DNA from: Dictyostelium discoideum
Lineage: Eukaryota
NCBI GenBank assembly: GCA_000004695.1
Contig: CM000152.2
Coordinates: 2,624,001-2,688,000 of the forward strand
DNA: 64,000 nt
Direction of reading: 5' to 3'
The first letter of the stretch is position 1, and each line of letters begins with the position of its first letter. Made by a program: the position numbers and the translations under genes. Under the pieces are notes generated by a model. It did no database searches, was not told the origin of the DNA, and worked only from the letters and a program-made list of their open reading frames with translations. Shown here in pieces: positions 40,394 to 51,829 of the stretch.

Positions 40394-41872
40394 TTAAAGT
40401 TCAATTTTAATCTCCCAATTACTAAGATCCCAATTATTCACATTTGAGTGAGAGAGTTGTTGTTTATATTTTGGGCTTCTGTAAATGTATTTGGAAAGTG
40501 GGATATTTTTGAAAGGAGTATTCAAAAGGTAGAAACTGTTAACTGATTGTGGCAATTCACTTATTTCTTGATTAAATCCATCTAATAAAAACAAATTTAA
40601 AACACCATTTGGTATTGAACCTTTTAATAATGGTTTTTTAATTGCACCTACCAATAGAGATTTAATTGATTGTGGTAGCATACCTTCTGTTAGTTCAACA
40701 TTGAATCCATCAAGTAATAGCAAATATTCAACCGATTTTGGAATTGAACCTACTTTAATTGTTTTAACACTTGGTGCAATAGCTACAAATCCACTACCAT
40801 TTGGAACGATAGAATCATCTTTATAAATAAAATACTCAATTCCTACAACTTTATAAAATAATTTAATAACCTCCATTATAACAATCTAATATTATTATAA
40901 TTGTTGTAGTGAAAATGAGCAGGTTTTTTTTTTTTACCAACAGTAGTGAAAAATTTCACCAAGTATAGCAGGGAAAAAAAAAATGTTAAATTTCCCTACA
41001 ACAATAATTCTATTAAAATAATATAGAATATTTACCAGTAACTCTTTTTGGATCCTTTACATTTGTAATAGAGGGAAAATCGCTAATTTCGAATATTTCT
41101 TTAATTGATTCTTTAACTTGTTCACTATTATTTACAATATTTACATTTTTATATTGATTCATTAGTTCATTAATTTTATTTTCATTTTGATTATCTTTTA
41201 TTAGTAGTCGTGATTGATGACAATGTTTTAATATTTCAATATGTTGATAGTTATTATTATTATAATTATTATTATTATTAATATTATTTTTATTATTATT
41301 AATGATTTGATCAATATTTATATGATTTATTGTATTTTTATATTTATTTGTAATTAAATTAATAGTATTTAAATTATCATGTACAATGGTTGAAATGTTT
41401 GTATTGATATCTTTATTTTCATCATAGAGTGTTACTAATTGTTTGATTTTATCAATTTCAATGATTGGTAATAATTTGGAGAGTTCTTTAAATTCTTCTG
41501 TGATTGTATTTACATTTTCAGTGTGTTTATCTTCTAATGATTTAAATAAATTATTTGATTTATTTAATAGCTCATTATTGATACCAATTTGTTTATCTAA
41601 ATTTTGAATGTGATTATTTTTAAATTCTTCAAAGATTTCTTTTGAATTCTCTACATCTATACGATCAAGTTTATGACCATTATGATCTAAAACAATACAT
41701 TCAACACATACTACTACCTATTAAATTTATAATAATCATATCAAAGAATCACTTTTTATTTAAAGGGGTGGATATATGTTACAATAATTACCTTACATTT
41801 TGTACAAATCAATTTAATATCATGCCCTTTATGTATTGCACATTTGTTATCATATTTATTTATACTATCCAT
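40394..41872 (-). CDS. B-box zinc finger / coiled-coil / FNIP-repeat protein, array copy 9; exons 41792..41872, 41036..41717, 40394..40848; MITE in intron 2
   Basis: Intact frame (81/682/455 nt); exon 2 carries in-frame 36-nt poly-N insertion (…IINNNKNNINNNNNYNNNNYQHI…). Confidence 0.75.
40901..41004. mobile_element. MITE-like family 1 copy (104 bp) in intron 2 of array copy 9, same site as copy-4 insertion
   Basis: attaTAA|ttgttgtagtgaaaatgagc…aaatgttaaatttccctacaacaa|TAAttc. Confidence 0.6.
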
Positions 41873-42289
41873 TGTGTGAGAGAATTTTTAAGAAAATTTA
41901 AGAAAAAAAAAAAATTTGGGAAAAAAAAAAAAAAAAAAAAAAAATTAAAATAAAATAAAATCTAATTTTTTGATGTTGGAAATCTTGTTTTGTGAAAAAA
42001 AAAAAAAAGATATTATTTTTTTTTTATTTTATATTTTATTAAACTAATATTAATTTTTTATTTATTTTTGACTATTTAAATTGTTTTTATTTTTTTATTA
42101 TTTAATCATTTGATTGTTTTAATATTTTTTACGAATAATTTGACCATTATTATAGTCTATTTTGGTCTTTTATAGTATATATTTGATCATGATCGGAACC
42201 TGGGAATCCCTCAGGATGTAGTAACATTAATCTGTATGATCTAGTGCATACCTCACAATGAAATTTGACCACATGACTTTGCTTTTACA

Positions 42290-42560
42290 AGAATAGTATT
42301 TTTTTTTGGATTTGGTAATCAGTGGGAGTTTCAATATCAATAGAGGTAGATTCAGCAGCAATTGCACGATAAAGCACATTAGAAATAGGATGTTTTAAAA
42401 AGCCAACTGATTCAACAAGTTTATCATATCTCTTTTCCATTATTTCCTTGCATACAACTCAAAGTGAATGAATGGTTGACTATAGTGATTTTGAAATGTT
42501 TTTGGACTAATACCAAAAGTAACACATATCTCATAAATTGGAAGATATTGTTTCCATTAT
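42290..42560 (-). mobile_element. Degenerate DNA-transposon fragment with HTH (…LPIYEICVTFGISPKTFQNHYSQPF…) followed by frameshifted MEKRYDKLVESVGFLKHPISNVLYRAIAAESTSIDIETPTDYQ…
   Basis: Minus-strand translation; inverted relative to the 31090-31330 copy. Confidence 0.45.
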
Positions 42561-43939
42561 AAGAGAGTCTTACACAAAAAAAATAAAAAATAAATAATGT
42601 TGTTAATAATTCATTTTATTTTTTACATTTTTTATTTTTTTTTTTTTTACATTTTATTTAATTTAGGACTTGGTGTAATTTTACTAAATAATTTAATTTA
42701 ATTTAATTTAATTTAATTTATTTTAATTTTTTTTCATATAATTTAAAAAAATGAGTGGTTTTTAATGGTAATATTATTGTCTAAAAATAGATATTTTTTT
42801 TTTAAAATAATATTATTTTTTTTTTTCATTCAAATTTAGAAATTTCCGGAAAATCTTAAAAAATACGTATTTCATTTAAAAGTAAAGCTATTTTTGTTTT
42901 TTTTTCTTTAAAAAAAACATATTATTGTAAAAAAAAGATGTATTTTTGGAAAAAAAATATTATTTTAAAATTTTATAATGTTAAGGGGGTAAAAAAAAAA
43001 TTTTTACTAATTATGTTAATCGGGGTGTTAAATATTCTTTAAAAATTTTTTTTTGAAGTTGTGTTTTTTAATTAAATAAATAAATTCATAATTATTTCCT
43101 TCTATTAATAAAAAAAAAAAAAACCCAGTAAAATGTTAAAATATAATTAATTAAATCAAATTTTAATAAAAGTTTGTAATTCTATTTTATAAATAAATAA
43201 AAATTATCAAAAAATAAGATTAATAATAACAAAAAAATAAAATAAAATTTATAAAAAATGAAACTTTTTATAAAAAAAAAAATAGCATTTTTTATTAAAA
43301 TTTAATTAATACTAAAAAATATTAGAATTTTTAAATTTTATTAATTGGTGTTATTTTTTTTTTTAAAAATAATTATAATAATTATTAGAAAATAGGATAT
43401 TTTATAAAAATAAGATTATTTATAAAAAATAACCTTTATTATTATATATTAAAAAATAAGATAAATAATAATAAAAAAAAATATATTAATAATTGATACA
43501 TTAAATAATTTTTAACATATTTTATTAAAATATAATAGATCTTGTATGGAAAATCATCACTGGTGATTTAAGTAATCAATTTTTATTTTTGGAGAATAAG
43601 ATGTTTAAAAAATAATAAAATAAATTATAAATTGGAAAATTTTATAATATTCAACATATTTATTTAAAATATAAGTAATCCAACTTGGTTTTTTTTTTAT
43701 TTTTTTATTTTCTTTTTTTTTTATCCATTTTTACTATATTTTCAAACTTTTTTTTTTATTTTCAAACTTTTCATTTTTACATAAAATTTAATATAAAAAA
43801 ATATAATAAAATTAAAAAAAAATAAAATAACAAAATTTGTTTAAGGGTCATTTTTATTTTTATTGATTTTATTGATTTTATTATTTTTATTTTTATTATT
43901 TTTATTGATTTTATTATTTTTATTTTTGTCGTTTTAGAA

Positions 43940-44001
<62 letters not shown>

Positions 44002-44170
44002 TGGAATCTAATAAAATAAATTGTTGTTGTAATTGAATTAATCTTTTTGTTTGAAAAATATTAATTATAAGCAGAAAGTTAAATAATTAAGATTAATATT
44101 TAATTAGCTATATAAGATTGGAAAAAAAAAAAAAAAAAAAAAATTCGATCTAATTGATTATTATTATTTT

Positions 44171-44926
44171 TTAAAGTTCAATTTTAGGTTCCCAATTTGA
44201 CACACCATTCCAATTACTCATTTTTGGGTGAGTGAGTTGTTGTTTATATTTTGGAGTTCTGTGAATAAAATTTTGAAATGGGAAATTTGTTAAAGGAGTA
44301 TCAAATAGGAATAAATTAGCTGATTGGGGTATTTCAGTTATTTTTTGATTAAATCCATCTAATAAAAACAAATCAGTAACACCATTTGGTATTGAACCTT
44401 TTAATAATGGTTTTTTAATTGCACCAACAAATAGATATCTAATTGATTGTGGTAGCATACCTTCTTTTAATTGAACATTGAATCCATCAAGTAATATCAC
44501 ACATTTAACCGATGTTGGAATTGAACCTATTTTAACTGTTTTAACACTTGGTGCAATCGCTACATGAGTTGTACCATTTGGAATGATAGAATCATCTTTA
44601 AAAATAAGATATTCATTTCCATCAGCTTTATATAAATAATAATTTAATATTAATAAAATAATTAAAACAATCTAATATTATTATAATTTGATTAAAATAC
44701 TTAATGATATTTACAAGTAACTCTTTTTGGGTCCTTTACATTTATAATAGAGAGAATTACTAATTTCAAATATTTCTTTAATTAAATTTTTAACATGTTC
44801 ACTATTATTTACAAAATTTACTTTTTTATATTGATTCATTAATTCTTTGATTTTTTTTTCATTTTGATTATCTTTTATTAATGGTTGTAATTGACAACAA
44901 TGTTTTAATATTTCAATATGTTGATG

Positions 44927-44998
<72 letters not shown>

Positions 44999-45593
44999 AT
45001 TATTATTATTATTATTAATGATTTGATCAATATTTATTTGATTTATTGTATTTTTATATTTATTTGTAATTAAATTAAAAATATTTAAATTATCATGTAT
45101 AGTGGTTGAAATATTTGTTTTGATATCTTTATTTTCATCATAGAGTGTTACTAATTGTTTGATTTTATCAATTTCAATGATTTGTAATAATTTGAAGAGT
45201 TCTTTAAATACTTCTGTGATTGTATTTACATTTTCAGTATGTTTATCTTCTAATGGTTTAAATAAATTATTTGATTCATTTAATAACTCATTATTGATAT
45301 CAATTTGTTTATCTAAATTTTGAATATGATTTTTAAATTCTTCAAAGATTTCTTTTGAATTCTCTACACCAATACGATCAAATTTATGGCCATTATGATC
45401 TATAAGAATACATTCTACACATACTACTACCTATTATATTTATAATAATCATACAAAAATGAGTAAGGATCTTTTTTTATTTAAAGAGGTGGATATATGT
45501 TACGATTATTACCTTACATATTGCACAAATCATTTTAATATCTTGCTCTTTATGTATAGCACATTTGTTATCATATTTATTTATATTATTCAT
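44171..45593 (-). pseudogene. B-box/FNIP family copy 10: three-exon structure preserved but 2-bp deletion near end of exon 2 (~44760) gives premature stop before the FNIP exon; (att)n expansion in exon 2
   Basis: …AATTCTCTCTATTATAAATGTAAAGG… vs …AATTCTCTCTCTATTACAAATGTAAAGG… in intact copies; frame then reads …KGPKKSYL*; exon 2 length 716 nt not ≡1 mod 3. Confidence 0.6.
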
Positions 45594-46349
45594 TGTGTGA
45601 GAATTATTAAGAAAAAATAATAAAAAAAAAAAAAATTTTAGAAAAAAAAAGTTTCTAGATTTTCAATTTAAATCAAAAAAAAAAAACCCAGTTGCGATTT
45701 TAAAATTATTTTATTATTTTTTAATTATTTTTTTTTTTTTTTTTTTTTTTAAAAACTCAAAAATTTAATTATTTGACTAGAATAATTTATAATCTTAAAT
45801 TTTATTTTGAGAAATCTTGTTTTGAGAAAAAAAAAAAAATATTATTTTTTTTTATTTTTTATTTTATTAAACTAATATTAATTTTTTATTTATTTTTGAC
45901 TATTTAAATTGTTTTTATTTTTTTATTTTTTTTTAAAAATAATTGTTTTCTTTTTTCTCTTTTGGTAAAAATTAAAAAATAATAAAAAGTATAAATTATT
46001 TCCATTAATAATTTATTTTGTTTAGTTTGAAAGGTTGTCTTATTCAATGGATAAATAATTAAATTCTATTAATTTACTTTTTAGTTTATTAAAATAAAAA
46101 ATAAAAAAAAATAATATTTTTATTTTATTACAATAGTTTTATAATCATTTTTTAAAATAAACTTATTTAAAATATTTTATGTGGTGGTTTGAAAGCCTTT
46201 AATTATATATAAATCCATATTGATATTTGTTTATAATTAAAAAAATAAAAAAAAAAAAAATAATAACAGGTTGCTGAAAATGGCATAATGGATTTATTTA
46301 ATGATGTTTGTTATTATTTTATAATTCATACTAATTTTTGTAAATCTAC

Positions 46350-47723
46350 TTAAAATTCAATTTTAGGCTCCCAATAATAAGCAGTATCCCAAGTATACAC
46401 CCTTGGGTGAGTGATTTGTTGTTTATATTTTGTGCTTCTGAATATGTTTTTAGAATATGGGAATTTTGTTAAAGGAGTGTCAAAAAGTAATAATTCTTTA
46501 ACTGATTGTGGTATTTCACTTATTGCTTGATTAAATCCATCTAAAAAAAACAAATTTAAAACACCATTTGGTATTGAACTTTTTAATAATGGTTTTCTAA
46601 TTGCACCTACAAAAAGATGTGTAATTGATTGTGGTAGCATGCCTTCTGTTAGTTTAACATTGAATCCATCAAGTAATATCACACATTTAACTGATGTTGG
46701 AATTGAACCTATTTTAACTGTTTTAACACTTGGTGCAATCGCTACATGAGTTGTACCATTTGGAATGATAGAATCATCTTTATAAATAAAACATTCATTT
46801 CCACCAGCTTTATATAAATAATAATTTAATATTAATAAAATAATTAAAACAATCTAATATTATTATAATTTTATTAAAATACTTAATGATATTTACCAGT
46901 AACTCTTTTTGGGTCCTTTACATTTGTAATAGAGAGAGAATTGCTAATTTCGAATATTTCTTTAATTGATTCTTTAACTTGTTCACAATTATTTACAATA
47001 TTTACATTTTTATATTGATTTATTAATTCTTGGATTTTATTTTCATTTTGATTATCTTTTATTAACAGTCGTGATTGATAACAATGTTTTAATATTTCAA
47101 TATGTTGATAGTTATTATTATTTTTATTATTATTAATGATTTGATCAATATTTATATGATTTATTGTATTTTTATATTTATTTGTAATTAAATTAATATT
47201 ATTTAAATTATCATGTATAGTGGTTGAAATGTTTGTATTGATATCTTTATTTTCATCATAGAGTGTTACTAATTGTTTGATTTTATCAATTTCAATGATT
47301 TGTAATAATTTGGAGAGTTCTTTAAATACTTCTGTGATTGTATTTACATTTTCAGTGTGTTTATCTTCTAATGATTTAAATAAATTATTTGATTCATTTA
47401 ATAACTCATTATTGATATCAATTTGTTTATCTAAATTTTGAATGTGATTATTTTTAAATTCTTCAAAGATTGTTTTTGAATTCTCTGCATTTATAAAATC
47501 AAATCTATGACCATTATGATCTGAAACAATACATCCATCACATACTACTACCTTGAAATAATAAAAATAGAGACAATGAGAATTACTTTTTGTTTTAACA
47601 AGTGGTAAATGTTTTTAAATAATAAAAAACTATAACTACCTTACATGTTGAACAAACTAATCTAATATCAAAATCTTTATGCAATGCACATTTATTATCA
47701 TATTTATTAATTAGAGTAGTCAT
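46350..47723 (-). CDS. B-box zinc finger / coiled-coil / FNIP-repeat protein, array copy 11; exons 47640..47723, 46897..47551, 46350..46807
   Basis: MTTLINKYDNKCALHKDFDIRLVCSTCK|VVVCDGCIVSDHNGHRFDF…; intact frame (84/655/458 nt). Confidence 0.75.
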
Positions 47724-47812
47724 TTGGTTTGGAAAAAATATAAATATTTAGCAATTAAAATTTTATTAATTTGTGAAATTTTCAAAAAAAAAAAAAATAA
47801 AAAAAAAATAAA

Positions 47813-47849
<37 letters not shown>

Positions 47850-47899
47850 AAATAAAAATAAAATTTTGAACCAAAAAAGGATTTAAATTCATTTTAATT

Positions 47900-47935
<36 letters not shown>

Positions 47936-48369
47936 GAATGGATTGATTCTTTTATTTCCCTACTAGAAAAAGTGATCAATTTTAATTTTTTTTTTCTTTT
48001 TTATTTAAATAATAGTAAAAAAAAAAATATATTTCCAAAATTCTAACAAATTTAAAACAATCACAAAAAAATAATAATAAGTTCACTGCAAATCTCATTA
48101 TTCCAAAAAAAATATCTTTTCAAAATAGAAAAAAAAAAAAATAAAAATCCAATTCCAGAAATTTCTGTGAAAATGAAAAAAAAAAAAAATTAGTGATTTT
48201 TTTGATTGAAAAAAAAATAATTAGTGATTTTGTATGTTGAAAAAAAAACAAAAAAAACAAAAGAAAAAAATAAAGTGAAAATAAATAAATAATTTGGCTA
48301 AAGAAAACCGTAATTTTTTTAAGATTGCATATTGTACAATTTATTATAAGTTTTTTTTTTTTTTTTTTT

Positions 48370-49661
48370 TTACATTTCAATTTGAGAGTAACCATTTGAA
48401 TTCCATAACACTTCATTAAAACCATTGAGATCTTGTTTACAAGAAGGAGTTTTATAAACTCTAACTGATTTTATTAAAGTTTGAGGGATTTTAAAAGAAG
48501 TATCACCTAAATAGATTTGAGTAACATTTGGTGGTATTTCAGAGATTTCTTGATTGAATCCATCTAATAAAAATAAAAATGAAACACTTTGTGGTATTGA
48601 TTTCTTTATCAATGGTTTTCTAATGGCACCAATATGTAACCATTGGACGGAATTTGGTAATAAACCTTCAGTTAATTGAAGATTAAAGCCATTTAATAAT
48701 GCAATTCTTTGAATAGTTGCAGGAATTGAACCAATTGTTAAATTTTTAATACTTGGTCCTAATGCTAAATAAAGTGTGCCATTTGGTATAACACAACCAT
48801 CTTTATAAATGAAATATTCACCACCACCCACTTTTTTGTTTTTTTAATTATAATTTAAAATAATTAGGAATTAGTTTTAAAGGATTTTAAAAAATTAAAA
48901 AATTAAAATAAATTAAAATATTATATTTACATTTTACTCTTTTTGGATCTTTATAAGTTGCAGAACTTAATTTAATTTTAAAAGTATCTTTAATTGAATT
49001 CTTTACAAAATCCATTGAATTTTCAATTGTAACTTTATTAAATTCATTTAATAAATCAATATTTTTATTTTCAGTATTCTTTTCTTTTACCAACATTTGA
49101 GATTGATGACAATGTTTTAATAATTCTAAATGTTGATGATTATTTCCTTTAATATTTTGATCATTATTAAAAATTTGTTGGATATTAAAATTATTAATTG
49201 TATCCTTGTATTTATTTGTAATTAAATGAGCATTCTTTGAATTATTTTCAAGTTTTTTTGAAATTTTTGAATGAGTTTCTTTATTTTCATCATAATGACT
49301 GACCAAATGTTTAATGGTATCCTTTTCAACTGAATCCAAAATTGTATGTAATTGTTTAAATTCATTGGAAATTGTATTGACATTGTGAATATGTTCCTCT
49401 TCAAGTTCATTAAAAATCTCATTTGATTTATTTAATAATTCTTTATCACCATCCAAACATTTAATTAAAAATTGAAAATTATTATTTTTAAATTCTTGAA
49501 AAATTTGATTACAATTTTCAGAGGTAATAAAATCAATTGAATGGCTACGATGATGATTTTTTGAAACAATACAATAATCACAAACTGGAACTCTACAATC
49601 ACTACAAATAAATCTATAATCATAATCATTATGTAGTGTACATTTATTATCAAATTTACCT

Positions 49662-49666
<5 letters not shown>
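48370..49666 (-). CDS. Divergent B-box zinc finger / coiled-coil / FNIP-repeat paralog (array copy 12, 398 aa); two exons 48931..49666, 48370..48830 (no intron within B-box)
   Basis: MAGKFDNKCTLHNDYDYRFICSDCRVPVCDYCIVSKNHHRSHSIDF… ; donor GTAAAT at 48930 phase 1, acceptor aaaAG 48831; …LLDGFNQEISEIPPNVTQIYLGDTSFKIPQTL…. Confidence 0.8.
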
Positions 49667-49715
<49 letters not shown>

Positions 49716-50731
49716 TTAAAACAATATTTTTTTTTTTTTTGTTTTTTGTTTTTTGTTGAGATGTCAGTTGTTTTGGATGATCAAAATAAAAAAAAGAAAA
49801 TAAAAAAAAAAAAAAAAAGTAAATCAATTTTTTTTTTTTTTTTAAAAAAGTAAAAAATAAAAAAAAAAAAAAAAAAAAAAAAGTTTTTAAATATATTCGA
49901 TCAGTGGATAGTTTTCACATAAAGAAGCTGTGCAACCCAACATAGAAAAAATGGGGTATTAGTTTAATTTATTTGGGCACCAAAACACTTTTTTTTTAAA
50001 AAAAAAAATAAAAACTCTGCTGAATATCAATGTGATTTTTTCTTTTTTTTTAATTTTGATTTTTTGATTTTTTTTTAATTTTTTTATTATTTTTTTTTTT
50101 TTTTTTCTGATATTCTGGAAAAACTTAAATTTCGACTTTTAAAATCATTATTAATTTCATTGCTTCCTTCTATTATTTTTTTTAATTATTTTTATTTTTA
50201 TTTTTTTTTTATAAATGTGGTTTTTAAAAAATCTCAGATTAATCTTGACGTAAGGATATTTTTTTTATTGTGTTATAGAAGTTTTTTTTTTTTTTTTTAT
50301 ATTATAATACCAACCCATATATTAATTATTCACACGTGTGCTTTGAGTTTTTAAAAATATCAAAGAATAAATTTAAATTTCTAAAGAAATTTTATTAAAA
50401 TCCCAACCTGATATTTAAAATATAAAAAAAAAAAAAAAATTTATGTAATTTCACATTAATTTTCAAAATGTGGATTATTCTACCAAATAATTTTGGCAAA
50501 ACAGACTATATTAAAAAAAATATTTTTTTTTTTTTTTTTTTTTCTCCAAGTAAATTATTAAAAACATATGATTTCAGAATATTATTTTGATTAAAAGTTT
50601 TAATAATATTAATAAGAATAATAATGATTAACAATAAAACAATAATAATTAAAATAATAATTTATTTATTTAGTTTTATATATTTTAGAGTTTTCGTTCG
50701 AAACTTTTCGTTATTTTTCGACCGAGAACTC

Positions 50732-50874
50732 TTTTTTTTTTTTTTTTTTTTTTTACCTAAAAGCGGTGTATTGTTATATTTTATTACATTTTTAAATTTT
50801 TAGATTTTTAAATTTTTAAATTTTTATATTGTTATATGTTGATATTTTTGGTTATATTATGATTACTACTACTT

Positions 50875-50948
<74 letters not shown>

Positions 50949-51442
50949 TATAATGGAATTGGGTTTGGAGTGTTCGGGTTATGCCATGATGTGTTGAAGT
51001 TGATTATTAATTGGTCTCTGTTATTTAATTTGTATATTGTTTCATTCCTTTCGATCTTCTTTATTAAAATGAATTTCTCTATTTTAATTAAGTTGGTTAG
51101 TTCTTTTTCAATTAATGTTGGATCAAATGAGGGTGGAGTTTTAGATTCGTCTTGATTGAATAGTTTGTAACAAATGATTCTCCATAGTTGATGTATAATT
51201 ATGCCGATTAAATTTGGGTAGATTCTTTCTTTTTTATTTGTTTTGCTAATATCTAGTGAATTGAGATCCCAATTTCTGATCTTGAAGAATGAGAGATTGT
51301 TGAATGTTGAAATTATTATGTTTTCTATTTCTTTTACTTGCATACAGTCTATAAAAAGGTGAGTGTATGGGTCACGGATTATATTGTTAGAGATTTTGCA
51401 TGGTACGTTCCGTTCATAGTTGATTCCAGGAAGTGACCTTTA
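50732..51442 (-). mobile_element. 5'-truncated TRE3-type retrotransposon 3' end (ORF2 C-terminus + A-rich tail) flanked by 12-bp TSD gaccgagaactc (50720-50731 / 51443-51454)
   Basis: Minus ORF 50948-51420 (…IIIHQLWRIICYKLFNQDE…) resembles TRE3 ORF2 C-terminus (…LILHNIWIWICNQIYSED… at 13500); 5' junction 93 bp downstream of tRNA-Glu. Confidence 0.6.
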
Positions 51443-51496
51443 GACCGAGAACTCCAAAATTATAAAAACTTATTAATGAATGTAATTCATTACAAA

Positions 51497-51506
51497 GATT
51501 CGAACC
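51497..51506 (-). promoter_or_regulatory. External B box (exB, GGTTCGAATC) downstream of tRNA-Glu
   Basis: Perfect B-box consensus 30 bp 3' of tRNA, outside a foldable tRNA; Pol III T-run terminator directly after tRNA (51531-51534). Confidence 0.55.
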
Positions 51507-51535
51507 TGCGACTTTTGGTCTCCCTGATTAAAAAG

Positions 51536-51607
51536 CTCCCCATTCGGGAATCGAACCCGAGGTACCAGTGTGAAAGACTAGAGTGTTACCGACTACACCA
51601 ATGAGGA
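51536..51607 (-). tRNA. tRNA-Glu (anticodon UUC)
   Basis: TCCTCAT-TG-GTGT-AGTCGGTA-ACAC-T-CTAGT-CTTTCAC-ACTGG-TACC-TCGGG-TTCGATT-CCCGA-ATGGGGA-G; all stems pair. Confidence 0.85.
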
Positions 51608-51719
51608 TTTGGTTTGAATTTTGATTTTTTTATATAATAAAATTTCACGTTTTTTGGAAAAAAACAAACAACAACAACAATCTCTTTTTTTGATTATTTC
51701 ATTTTTCATATAAAAAAGA

Positions 51720-51754
<35 letters not shown>

Positions 51755-51829
51755 GGAACCAAGTTAATTAGAAAATTTCCAGATTTTTAACTTTTTAAAG
51801 AAAAATAAAAAAGATAGAAAGAAAATAAA

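Noticed and set aside
51440-51530. Second tRNA immediately 3' of tRNA-Glu (GGTTCGAATC present)
   Set aside because: Only the B-box is present, and its flanks do not pair as a T-stem. It is interpreted as the Dictyostelium external B box.
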